DNA of 64,000 nt from Chrysomallon squamiferum (lineage: Eukaryota > Animalia > Mollusca), in contig CM022676.1 in assembly GCA_012295275.1 (NCBI GenBank), positions 5,270,001 to 5,334,000 of the forward strand, given 5' to 3'. A program made the position numbers and the translations under genes. Position 1 is the stretch's first letter. Every line of letters begins with the position of its first letter. This document shows, one piece after another, positions 12,517-26,800 of the stretch. Under the pieces are notes generated by a model. It was given only the letters and a program-made list of their open reading frames with translations, was not told the origin of the DNA and ran no database searches.

Positions 12517-15232
12517 CTATGTTCCAAGACAGTGGTGCATTTAACAGATATAGAAACTCGTTTCACATGTCAAACAAACAAAAAGCAATGGGTAGAAAAT
12601 TATGCATAACATCTTTCATTAACAGAATATCAATCTCCAAAAAATCCTTACCGCTATTATGACAGTCAAATTTGCTAAATGTAACAGGTTTTGGCTGAAG
12701 TCACTCAAAGTGCCCAGGCTGCTGAAAGGGTGAAACAAGAGGTGCAGAAAGTGAAAGACAAAGCCCAGAAAATTGTCGATGAAATCAATGTGGACAAAGC
12801 AGTAGCAGAAGAGAAGCTAGAAGCAGCAAAACCAGCTTTAGCAGAAGCTGAAGCAGCTCTACAGGTTTAGTGTTTGTGAAGACTTAGACCAATCATGTCA
12901 AAAATGGACTGAATATCTGTCTGTCTATGGATCTCTGTCTTGCTATCAGTTTATCTTTCTTTCTCCCATCTCTCTCAGCAACTCATTCTTTCTCTTGTTT
13001 CTTTCTCCCATCTCTCTTTCTTCTGTCTCATTTTGTTCCATCTCTCTTTCTCCCATCTTTCTTCCATCCCACTTTCTTCCATTTCTCTTCCATCTCTCTT
13101 ATTTAATCGCTTTCTCTCTCTTTAACACATTTTTGCTTTCTCAATAAACACTTTCATTCTTTCTTTCTGTATTTTCATCTGTTTCTGTCTCCCTTAAATT
13201 ATCTCCTTTGTAGTTAGAGAGATCGTTAAATAACAATATAATAATTGCCAATAAGCAGAATGTGGAAAACTGATAAGTTAATGGTGTTCATTTTTGATTA
13301 TGAACTTTTTTTTTTTTCTTTTTTCTTTTTTGCCAATTCATTTAGACTATCAAACCAACTGATATTGCTACGGTGAAAAAACTGGGCAAGCCACCTCATC
13401 TGATTATGAGAATCATGGATTGTGTGCTGCTACTTCTCCAAAAGAAAATTGACTCAGTGCAGAAGGATCCGGAAAGGCCCTGCCCTAAACCTTCTTGGAG
13501 TGAATCACTCAAGGTATGTCTGATGATTCCATCTTAAATGCATTTCACACATGGAATCCTTAGCCAACCCTAGCTCCCATGATGCCAAGTTCATTTAGTT
13601 TGATCCAGGTTTTTGATCAGCTTGGTCACTTCAACCAATTTTGAATGTGTTATCTATACTAAACTTTCATCATATTTGTATTTCTTATCTTTTTTTTCAT
13701 ACCTTATGGATTAACATTTCGTTTGATTTGTTTATTAAATGACACATTTATTAAATTAAGGATTAGAATTTAGGTCAGTAATTATTGGCTCCCACATCTT
13801 AGCATCTTCCCAATTTCGTTATATAATTATTATACATTTTTTAATTTTTTTTATTTAGAAAATGATTGCTTAACCAGAAATAAATAAAACAATAAGCTGA
13901 AAGCATATTTATAGGCTCTTATCATGACAAGTAGTTTTAAATATGCATTTGCATGTGAGTGAACAATAATTGGTATTATTTATTCTTCTGTGATGTTTCT
14001 CTCTCTATTGTATCCCAGTTGCTAATAACATCATTTTTATCATGACAAGTAGTTTTCTTATCATGACAAGTAGTTTTAAATATGCTTTGCATGTGAGTGA
14101 ACAATGATTGGTATTATTTATTCTTCTGTGATGTTTCTTTCTCTATCATATCCCAGTTGCTAATAACAATCATTTTTATTACAGCTGATGGCAGGAGCTA
14201 GCTTTCTGCAGAATCTGGTGAACTTCCCTAAAGACTCAATTAACGCAGAGACAGTGGAGTTGCTGGAACCATACACACTCATGGAGGACTACAACATGGA
14301 AACTGCTAAGAAAGTCTCCGGTAACGTCGCAGGTCTTTTGGCCTGGACAAAAGCCATGTCCTTCTTCTTTGGAATAAACAAGGAAGTGTTGCCCCTTAAG
14401 GTAAGCAGAATCAGTATTGAACAGAAGCTCAGATTTGTATGCTAATACCTGCAAGAAATGGAAAGAGGAAGAAGAAATGTTTTGTTTAATGATGCTGTTG
14501 ACACTGTTTTGGTTGGTGGTTATATTTTTATATGATATATGGATAAGCATATTGAGAAGAGAAATTCTCTGTTCTTTTTTCAAAAGGGCCACTCTAAATA
14601 TAATTTTGTTCTCATTTACCCAAATCATTTTCAGGAATTATCAGAGGTCTGAGAAAATTTAAGAACTGTTATAATCAAAAATAATTTATTTTTAATTTAA
14701 CAAAGATTATTGTTTTGACAGGCAAATTTGGCCAAACAAGCAGCCAAGCTAGACGTTGCTACCAAAGAACTGAATGCTGCTCAGCTTATGCTGGATGAGA
14801 AACAGAAAGAACTTGACGCAGTACAAGCAGTGTATGACACTGCCATGAGAGAAAAACAGGTAAAGTTTACGAAGGATTCGTTCTCAAAAAACATAGTTAG
14901 TAATCCAGTATTCACTGTTTTATTTGCACACAGACATCTACTTGTCCAAAAACATAGTTAGTCATCCAGTATTCGTTACTTCATTTGTACATGTTTTTCT
15001 GTCTTTCTTTCCCTCTCTGGGTATGTGTATGTGTGTGTGTGTGTTTGTGTACATATATATATATATATTATTTCCAGACTCTCATGGATGATGCTGAGTC
15101 TTGCCGACGTCGTATGAGTGCTGCTTCCACTCTGATTGGTGGTTTGGCAGGAGAAAAAGTACGTTGGACAGATCAGTGCAAAGAGTTCAAGGCTCAGATT
15201 GAACGGTAGATTTTTCATTTATTATCTCACTT

Positions 15233-15308
<76 letters not shown>

Positions 15309-18095
15309 TTGACACATAATTTTCTCTCTATCTGTTGGTATCTCTCCCTGTCTCATAATTATATTTATATGTATGTATATGTATGTTTTGACACATAATT
15401 TTCTCTCTATCTGTTGGTATCTCTCATAATTATATTTATATATGTATATATGTACATATGTGTGTGTGCCTGCCTGTCTGTCTCTCTCTCTGTTCATTTG
15501 CCTAACTTTTTTCTGCATTGTTTTACAGATTAGTTGGTGATGTGTTGCTGTGTACAGGCTTCTTGTCATACTCAGGTCCATTTAATCAGGAATTTCGTAC
15601 GAAGCTGCTAACTAACTGGAATAAGGAGATGAAGAATCGACACATTCCCTACACTCCTGACATCAACCTCATAGCCATGCTGGTTGATAATCCCACTGTA
15701 AGTTCACATCTTATACAACTAAACAACCCTAATTTGCATTTTCCTTGATAATTTTGAAAATTTTGTTAAAAAAAAACATTTTTAAAAAAAGGCCACTGAA
15801 AACTTACAAAGTTACCAGTCTTTATATATCCATCAAATGGTTTTGTACATTTCAGTTTGTCATACTGACTAAAAATCTCCTCACATTTTCCAAATCTATG
15901 GTTTTACATGAATTAAGTAATATTTAACAACATGATAATTGCCTTTTGTGTTATTTTTGTATAGAGATAAAAAGAAAGAAAAATGAATTGCTGCCATTCG
16001 GAGTCTACTTTTAAATTCAGCAGCAGATCTTTCAAATTTGTCTTCATGTTAGCATCATGTCTTTGAACTCTAAGTTCTTCTACTAATATGTCTTACAAGG
16101 AAGCAAAATCACATGTGACAAACCACATTTCATCACTGAATTAAAAATCTTGTTGTGAAATAATCACCATAAGCTTCAAAATCCACTCATTTATGATGTA
16201 ATGGTTACGAAAATCTAAATTAATTATATTTATTTGGTAAGCTCTATTAACAACTTTCAGAATGCTTTGTTGGCAGATTTGATAATGTTGTTTATTGATA
16301 TTACTGACCTTACATTCAGATTGGTGAATGGAATATTCAGGGTCTGCCCAATGATGATTTGTCCATACAGAATGGCATTATCACTACAAAGGCAGCTCGA
16401 TTTCCTCTGCTTATTGACCCCCAGGGCCAGGGAAAAACCTGGGTGAAAAACAGAGAAAAAGAAAATGATTTACAGGTATGAATAAATTAGTACGTATTAT
16501 TAACTTGAAGCAGTAGTTTGATAGAATTGCTGTGAGAATTGTATCAAATGTTGTGTTTTGATGAATGAATTGAGATCTGAATGAAAATAGTCATAGACAG
16601 GATGATATTTAAATAGAATATTTTGCACAAATCTTTAGAAGAAAAAGAATAGACCTGTATTAAAATTTGTAAAACTATTTGGGTATTGTTTAAAATTTAG
16701 ATCATTAACATTTTAATAATGAATCATTATTGAAAAATTATTTATGTTACATTTTGTTTGGATTTATAGTTAAAAATTTATAAAATAATTTTTGTTTTTT
16801 TTTTTTTGTTATTTACCTTTTTGCTAATTATTCTCAGGTAACTTCGTTAAATCACAAGTACTTTAGAACTCACCTGGAAGACTGTTTGTCCTTGGGACGA
16901 CCTTTATTGATAGAGGATGTATCAGAAGAGCTGGATCCTGCTCTTGACAATGTTCTTGAGAAAAACTTCATCAAGTCTGGCACAACCCTGAAGGTACTTA
17001 TTCCTTAAAATAGTTTTTGTCTTTACAGATCTATTGTTATTGGTATCTTTTTTTTTTATTTCTCAGTCTTTTACAATGTAACTAAATGAGAAAAGCAGTA
17101 ATATTATTAACACTGTATATATTTATATACACACTACATCATGATTTTGAAGCAACAGTATGACTAAAAATATATTAACTGCCCTAAATTAAAATATATG
17201 TACAATGAGGGTGAAATGCCTTAAAGGGTGTATAGAGATTCAGGATGTATATTTAAGGAGATTTCTTTTTGTTATTTCTTTTGTTTTTTTTCTGTTTTTT
17301 CCTTATTTTATCTTTTTAAATTGAAAATGTTAGAAAGAAATATTGGTTTAAACATGATGCTGTGAAAAAATAAGTTATGAACTCTTTATGTACCTTGAAG
17401 TGATCAGTTCATTTTACTGAAAATCAAACTTTGTAACTAATAAAGTATGACCAGCCATCAAGTGAACATACACATAGATATTAATTTTCAATGGCTTATT
17501 CATATACATATAATAAGGAAGTATTGATAAACATTTAGACAAAGCTTATAGTAATAGACATGATTATTTGTTATAATCTGATATACATACATATGGATAC
17601 TTGAATATGTAATTTGGTTAAAAATATTTTACATTCATCATTTAGTAATTTTATATCACTTTAATCAAATATAAATAACTTTAATTGAAAAAACAAAAAC
17701 AAAAAACAAAAACAAAATAAAGAAAAAAGAAAAAGACAGTATTCTTAATTCTCAATAAAACTATTAAAATGTTTACAAGTTTTATTTCAGTGGGTTAATT
17801 GTTTTTGCAATAGTTGTTTTCTTGGTAGGTTTTTATTATTATTTTAATTATTATTTTTTTTTTTATACTACCATTTTCTTCTTTTAAGGTGAAAGTGGGT
17901 GACAAAGAAGTGGACATAATGAAAGGTTTCTACCTGTACATCACAACAAAACTGGCTAACCCATCATACACACCTGAGGTAACTTTATATACAGAATGGT
18001 TATCAAGCCATTCTTCCCAGTCTGTTTCACCTTTTACTCCTAATAACACAGCATGTGTTTATATCTATCTATCTATACATATAAACACACACACT

Positions 18096-18146
<51 letters not shown>

Positions 18147-21100
18147 TGTATTTTTGAGTATGTCTCAAAATATATAATAAGTAAAAATATAAATAAAATG
18201 AGGGTGAATTACCATAGAAAATACAGAACATATTGAGATATAGTACAATATATTCATATATCTATATTCATACAAGCATACATTTGTTCATTTAGTTATT
18301 TGTTTTATTCTGTTTATTTATTTATTATTTTATTTCTTTCATTTTATTTTGTTTATTTATTTATTTATTTATTTATTTATTTCATGTGATAACATCCAGT
18401 TTAAAATTGTGTGTACATTTTGTCTGTCTTCATTTGAACAATTAAAGCAGAGTTCATCTTAAATCTATTTAATTTGTAATATTCACTTCAGTTTTTATTT
18501 ATTTATTTTGGATTTTTAATCTCACTGACTAAATTTGTTTATAATATTTAATTAATAATTAATTCAGGTTAGTGCGAGAACATCCATTATTGACTTCACT
18601 GTGACCATGAAAGGTTTGGAAGACCAGCTGCTGGGCCGTGTCATTCTTACTGAGAAATATGTTAGTGTTTTAACTCTGTGTGCATTTGTGTGTGTGTCTG
18701 TGTGTCTGTGCGTGTCTGTGCTTATAGCAGTGTACAGTTGTTGGATTGTTGTTTTGTTTCTGTTAGTGTCATTATATGTGTGTGTGTAGTTGTGTATGTA
18801 CATATACCTGCATTAATATACACCTATGTGTAATTGTATGTATGTTTGTGTATCTGTGTATGTGTGTTTTTGTGTGGTGTGTTTGTGTGTATGTGTGAGT
18901 ATGGGTGTATATTTTTTCAGATACATTTCTATAACATTAATTATACCTAAACTATGAATAAAAAAATAATAATGATTTTTGTTTCTGATTTTATCCAACT
19001 GGATTTCAGAATTTTAACATTTTTAAAAATAATGTTTCTTAACTGATAGATTTTAAAAATGTTTTATTTATTCTTAATTGAATATTTGATAGATAATTAA
19101 TTAATTTTTTTTTTAGGAACTGGAAGATGAGAGAGTGACTCTGGTAAAAGACGTATTAGCTAATAAAAGAAAAATGCAAGAACTTGAAGATAATCTGCTT
19201 TATAAGCTGACCAGTATTCAGGTTTGCAGAAAATATTCTAACACTTATTAATCTACATTCTCATCTACATACTTAAAATGATTTACTGATATCTATGTAA
19301 AGGGGAGGAATACATGTACAAGTATGCATAACAAGAAGTGTTTGACAAGCTACAAATTCATTTTTGTTTACCAACAGCAGATTACTTCAGCTGTTGGATA
19401 AAACTATATGGCCAGTTCATTTAATGAGATCAGTTGGAAAACATTCTATCATTGGTGATTGGATGTTGATACTTGTAAAGGCTGATACAGCACACTAAAC
19501 CAAAAATAACCAAAACAAACAAAAAAAACAACCCACAAATTCTGTTTTCCAATAGGGGGAAAAAAAAGTTTCTTTTATATGCGTCTTTGCATTGTTAAAA
19601 CCAGTTAGTATCAAATGGATGTTGTTTGAGAATTATATTGTTTGGTCTTTGTCTTACACAAAATCATAGATCCACATTTATTATTGAGCAGTACTGTGTT
19701 GCAGTGACATTAAATAGCGGTGTTGTTTTCATACATTTTTAAACTATTTTAACCACTATCTGGTATCCAGTGATTGACGCAGGATATTTGTTATTACAAA
19801 AATTGTTTAGAGTGTATATGTATATTGTTAAAATTTGTTCATTTGTTATTAATTTGTATCTCTAACAGGGTTTAGTTAGGGATGTTTCATGTACATAATT
19901 CCATAAATGAAAAGTGTCAATTGTTGTTTTGACTCTGTATATGTTTGTGTATGTGTATGCATGTGTTTGTGTGTAGTTGTGTCTGTATGTATACCTGTGT
20001 GTAATGTATACCTGTGTGTAATGTGTTTATGTTTATCTATATGTGTGTGTAGTTGTGTGTATGTTTGTGTTTCTGTGTCTAAGGGTGGCATACCTGAATG
20101 CACGATGATGACTTAAAACTGGAGACTGAAAATATACCAAATATATAATTAAATAAAATCTTTTTTTTTCTTTCTACAGGGTTCACTAGTTGATGATGAG
20201 TCACTGATTGAAGTTTTGACTAACACCAAAATAACAGCAGCTGAAGTTAGTGAGAAACTTGCCATAGCAGCAGAAACAGAAATAAAAATTAATGAGGCTC
20301 GTGAAGAATTTAGACCAGGTCATTATTTTACATTAAATATTTATTAGTACATTAGTATATAATTTGTTAATATGTATTTCATTAAAGTGTTTTCTGTAAT
20401 GAAAAAAAAAACTAACAACTGAACTAGACTGTAGTTATTCCATTATGCTTAGATTTTTTTTTTCTTATTGAACTTCATACTAAATCTTTGTTAATAATAA
20501 AGTATAATGATAAAATGAGGAGCCTAAAACATAATTTTTTTCAAAAATGTATTTTATAATGATTCATGTAGAAGTTAAAAAAGAAAAAATTATAATTAAA
20601 AAAGAAAAGTGAATGAATCCTCACTTTTTAATTAATAAATTATCATAAAATAGTGGAAAAATGTTAGTCCCTGTACAACCTTACAGGCTTGATAATAATA
20701 TTATTGTCATATTTAATTAGTTGTAAAGAACAGGACAGACTAAATCAATGACTTTATATTTATTTTCATTGTTTTGTCCATAGCAATGTGGGTGACAATG
20801 TGCTTGTGTGTGAGTGTGTTTTTGTGTGTGTCTGTGTGTGTACATGTGTCTGAGTGTGTTTCTGTGTATGTATGTGTGTCTCTGTATGTATCTGTGTGTC
20901 TGTGAACATGTATGATTTGAAACTGAAAAGATACTGAATTGCCTTGGTACAGTATTAAAATTTCTCCATGTTGTTATTCTTCAGTTGCTACTCGGGGCAG
21001 TATTCTGTATTTTCTTATCTGTGATATGAGCATGGTTAACTGTATGTATCAGCTGTCTCTCAACCAGTTTCTGGGAATATTTGATCATTCCATGTCTAAG

Positions 21101-21173
21101 TATAATAGAACTATTTTAATTTAATTGTTCATTTATATACATATTAATATTAGCTTGTATTCATAGTATCCTA

Positions 21174-21217
<44 letters not shown>

Positions 21218-22216
21218 ATGTATGCACATTCATGCATTGTTAGTAAGATTAGAAAAAGATGCTGATATTTAGATAAAATAAATAGATGTTAGTGGAGAGA
21301 CAGATAAAAACAAACACAAATATAAATATAAATAGGTGGACAGAAAGATAGATATATAAGAGATCAATTGATTGATTGAATAATAGACTGATACAGTGAT
21401 AGAGAGATGCCAGACAGATAGATAGATAGATAGATAGATAGATATACTGATTAGATTGATATACTGACTGACTGACTGACTGATAGACAGAAAAACAGAT
21501 AGATAGATATAGATAAATAGCTAGATAGACAGGTAGATAGATAGATAGACTGAATGATTGATTGATTTTCTGATTGACTGATAGATATATTGTTTGCTAT
21601 TAACTTGACAGAAGAAGGGAAACAGACAAATTTTCAGTAAAAAAAATTTATCACATATAACACATCAATAAACCTGGTAATAAATCTATTTCATTATTTA
21701 TTTTAAAAAGTCACTATTCAGTTTCGCACAATTGTTACATAATATCACCATACAATTATATGACTTCTGCATCTGAAGTCTGCATCTGAATTAATTAACA
21801 GTTAAAAACCTGATTGAAATATTATTCTTACTCTGCTGTTTCTAGGTCTGAAAAGAATCCAGTCCCTGGGAAGCGAATAGTGAACATAATGAATTACTTG
21901 ACTTTTGCTGCGTTTCGTTACACCTGTCGCAGTTTGTATGAAGAACACAAATTTCTCTTCACTCTGCTCATGGCACTCAAAATGGACTTACAGCATGGCA
22001 CAGTTGCTATTTCAGAATTCCAGATTTTTATAAAAGGTAAACGTAAACCAAAAAAAATAAAATAAATAAAACGAAAGTGACTATTATAATAAAAGTAATT
22101 TTCCTCCTTCCAAATCGAAATCATCATCATCAGTATAATTTGTTATGTTATTTTAATTGATATTTTAATCAGGTTTGTTATTTAAATGATTTTATTATTA
22201 TTATTATTATTATTAC

Positions 22217-22279
<63 letters not shown>

Positions 22280-22412
22280 CATTATTATTGCATCAGTCAG
22301 GTTAATATTTATTGCAGAAAAGAAAAGTGATTATCCAAATGTTGTTGTTGTTGCTGTCATCATCGTCATCATCATAATTTGTTATGTTATTTTCACTGAT
22401 TTTGCTTTTATA

Positions 22413-22464
<52 letters not shown>

Positions 22465-23823
22465 TTGAAATTACTTTAACTTTTATGAATTGTTTTATTA
22501 AGGTGGGGCTGCCCTTGATCTAAACACTGTGGCACCGAAGCCTTGCAAGTGGATCTCAGACATGACTTGGCTTAACTTGGTACAGCTCAGCAGTCTCAGG
22601 CAGTTTTCAGAAATACTCAACCAGGTAGATATATTAATATCTCTCTTTATTCCTACACACAGGACTCTTGTGTCAGATCAGAAATAAGTTCTAAATTTTG
22701 TTTTGCTAGCCTGGTGATGTTTGTTGCAGTAAATGAAAGTGATTATCTAAATGTTTTGCTTTTCTGCATATTACTAACAGTCTTACTGGAGATGACAAAA
22801 CTTAAGAAAATGAAGTTCAGCAAACAAAATTTTTATGGTTGATAAGATGTGAAAATTTAACTATTTTGAAAAAATAATAAACAATAAAAAATAAAATGTG
22901 ACAAAATAATAGTAATAATAATAAAAAAAATTAAAATTAAAAAATAATAATAATAAATTAAAAATTAAAAATTAAAAAATAAATAGGTATTTATATCAAA
23001 GAACATTTACAAAATTTATTCCAAGCCCACTGGCTAGCTTGCAGTTATGATTAATGGTTTAACAATTTATTTTAGTTTTTTATTTTCTTTAAATCCACAT
23101 TCAATATTGGCCCTCTGTACATACTTATTTTTGCAATCACATCATTTATTTTAATTTCAGGTTCAAAGACATGAAAGAGATTGGAAGTCTTGGTTTAGTT
23201 CAGAGAGTCCTGAAGAGGAAACAATTCCTGATGGATATTCCTCTTCCCTGGATCCATTCAGAAAGCTTTTACTTGTCAGGTAATATTATACTGTTTTACT
23301 CTATTTACAATTTTGACAATTTAAATATAATTTACCAATTAAGAGAAAGAGAAAGGTGAAGGAAAATTTTCATTAAAGAGAAAAAAAAAAAACAGGAAAG
23401 AGATATGAAGATGGAGAATATGTAAATAGAGAGATATAGAAAGAAAAAAAAGGAAGATGGTTATGGATCAGTAAGACAAGTGAAAAAGGGAGAAAAAGAT
23501 CTGACAGAGAAGTAGAAAGAAAGAAGGATAGAGAGAGAGAGAGACATAGAGTCACAGAAAGAAAGAGAGGTAGAGAAAAAAGAGAAAGGGAAAGAGACAG
23601 AGCTATAGAGAAAGAGAAATATTTGTACATGTATAGAAGAATAGAGATAAAGAGAAAGAGAAAGAAAGAAAAAAGAATGAAAAAAGGGGATGGAGAAAAA
23701 GTAGAGAGAAAGAAAGAAAAGAGACATTGCAAGAGATAGAAGAGAAAGAGAGAGAGACAGAGAAAAAAGATATATACATGAGAGAGAGAGAGAGAGAGAG
23801 AAAGAGAGATATATATACAAGTG

Positions 23824-23855
<32 letters not shown>

Positions 23856-26800
23856 TATGCAAGTGAGATAGAAGAGAGAGAGACACACACACACAGATAA
23901 TAGATAAAGGGATGCTGTATTAAGCTTTGTCTTTCTTTTCAGATGTTGGTGTCCAGACAGAACTATAGCTCAAGCACGTAAATACGTCAGTGCATCAATT
24001 GGCCATCAGTACACTGAGGCAGTTATCTTGGACTTGGAGAAAATGTGGCATGAAAGTACAACTAATGCTCCTCTTATCTGTCTCCTGTCCATGGGGTCTG
24101 ATCCAACCAATGAAATTGAGATTCTGGCAAAGAAGAAAAATATTCGTAAATATTCTTACTAATAAAAGATTGGTGAAAAATTGTAGGTTAGCGAAGATAG
24201 TTTTGAAAATAAACTAGATTGGCTTTTTCTTTAATTTAATTTATTTTACTTTTTTTTTAAAGTTGACTGTAACTTGTTATTAACATTGGGAGGAGAACTG
24301 CTGAGCTCATCCAGTCAGTGTCCCAGAAATAGTTTATCAAGATATAAAACTTATGCATTTAGTACATGCATAAAATGTTAGTCTGTTTGCTAATAGAGCT
24401 TCTGCTATATTTAAGGAAAGTCGTTTTTGTTTTTACTTAATCTGAAATTTTTTTTTGGTATTTTATTTATAACAACAGCTTATAAAGCAATCTCAATGGG
24501 ACAGGGGCAAGAAGTTCATGCAAGAAAGTTAATCGGTCAGTTCATGCACGAAGTGAGTTGAAATATTTATTTTCATTTTTGTTTATTCGGTTATAAAAAA
24601 GAAGAAGAAAGAAATAGAGTAAAGACTGAGAGTGAATGAGAAAGAAACAAAGAGAGAGTGAGAGAGAGAGAGAGATTGAGTGAGAAAGGTGGAGAAAAAA
24701 GTGAGGGAGAGAGAATGAGAGATAGATGGAGAGAGAGAGAGATTGGAAAAAAAATTAAATAATAATAATTAGAACACTGTATCGAATTGGACACTGTATC
24801 ACATTAACACCAACATTTTGCTAACCTGATCATATGAAACAGCATGTGTTTGCGTTTACTCTTATTTGCATGTACATGTTAACAGATACACAGAAAATGT
24901 ATCTCAGCACTCTAAGATTAAAAATAAGATAACCATAAATTTTATGTCACATGCAAAACTGCTTAAGGCACAGTGAAAAAAACACAAAAACCAAGTGAAT
25001 TCAACATAAAAATTCAATATCTTTGGGGTTTTTAGTGGGCTGTATTTTTCTTGTTAAAATGAATGATGGAATTATGGTAAATCACACAATCAATCCTTCT
25101 CAATTATACACATTGCTGCATTGACTGCTCGATCAAAAGTGGTGATGTATGCTTTCCTGTTAATGAGAAGGTATATATATATATATAAAACATCCCTTAT
25201 TGCTAAGCTATAAGAAAATGATAAAAAGGAACCACAGAGTTACAGGAAAGGCCTTCTTTGCTAAAAACATTATTACAAAAAAAAAATTAAAATACACTTA
25301 GCTCTAATCCTTAATTAATAACATTTTGAGATTAAATATTTCTTTGTGTCATTATTCATACATACATACCTTCTTTCTTTCTTTCTTTCATTCATTAACT
25401 TATTCATTCATTCATCCATACAACCACCAGGGTGGCTGGGCGCTGCTACAGAATTGTCATTTAGGCCTGAATTTTATGGAGGAGCTCTTCATAACAGTAA
25501 CAGAAGGAACTCAAGTCCATGACCAGTTCCGCTTATGGATGACAACAGAGGTTCACCCCCAGTTCCCCATCAGCTTGCTTCAGGTACAATAAAAAACGAT
25601 TTATATGTTATATTAGTTGATTTTTATAACAATCCCATTAGTACTGAAAAGGGTCAACATATGCAAATGACATCTTACTGATAACTGATAAAAGACAACC
25701 CAGGTTTCCTCTCAGATATTATCGTAATGATAAAAATATATTTATAAACCTAATATCAAATTAATTACTTTTTAAAAATAAAAAATTTATATATATATGT
25801 TGAGTATTTACTAAATTTTAATAAATTATATCTTTAATTATAAAAAATATAAGTGTAAATGTAAGCTCTTCTTATGCTTATCTTTTACAGATTTCCATTA
25901 AGTTTACAAATGAACCACCGCAAGGCATCAAGGCTGGTCTTAAACGAACATATAACGGTATAACCCAGGAGTTTCTTGATATCATTAGCATGCCACAGTG
26001 GAAGCCCATGCTTTATGGAGTATCATTTTTACACACTGTTGTGCAGGTAAATATATTTTATGAAATTAAAATTGAGAAAAAACATTAGATATTTTGTTCT
26101 TGTATATGAAACCTAAAAGTAAAATAAAAAATAAATAGAAATTGTTATTGTTGTCTTTTAAATGTATAAAAGGATAAAAAAAAAATTCTAAGTTTAAAAA
26201 TGAAAAAAATAAATGTTTTTTCATCTCACCACAATTGTCTTTTAAAATGCACTTATGCTGGGATAAACAAACAAAAACATAAAAATAAAAAATAAAAAAC
26301 AAACACAAAAAGAAATGCCTAAAGCAAATTTTAAAATATGTATTTGAACCATTTGTTCCTGCTACCAGAGGGACACATTAAAGTTGAGTGATCATGCTGA
26401 ATTTTGTTTTTCCCATTGTAGGAAAGAAGAAAGTTTGGACCATTGGGCTGGAACATTCCATATGAGTTCAATGCGTCTGACTGGACTGCTAGTGTACAGT
26501 TTGTACGTAATCATCTCGATGATACTGACATTCGAAAGGTAAAAAACTTTGTTTGATTGTCTGTTAGGAAATTGTAATATAAAAATGTGGAATAAGACTC
26601 AAATTATTTACCTCAGGATGTCAAAAGAGTTAGCTGTATATCAAATATCTATATATTTATTACTAATATAAGTACACGTTGTTATATTATTATCAGTTGA
26701 AATGAGAAAATGAACACCAAGAAAAAAACAAAAATTATAATTGAAAGATGATCTTACTGGTTCATAATATTAAACTGTGCATTAATTCATTTCATAAACA

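Noticed and set aside
23373-23894. Ser-Leu and Arg-Glu repeat ORFs (also 15222, 47601, 47779, 50651)
   Set aside because: Translations of (AG)n/(CT)n tracts.
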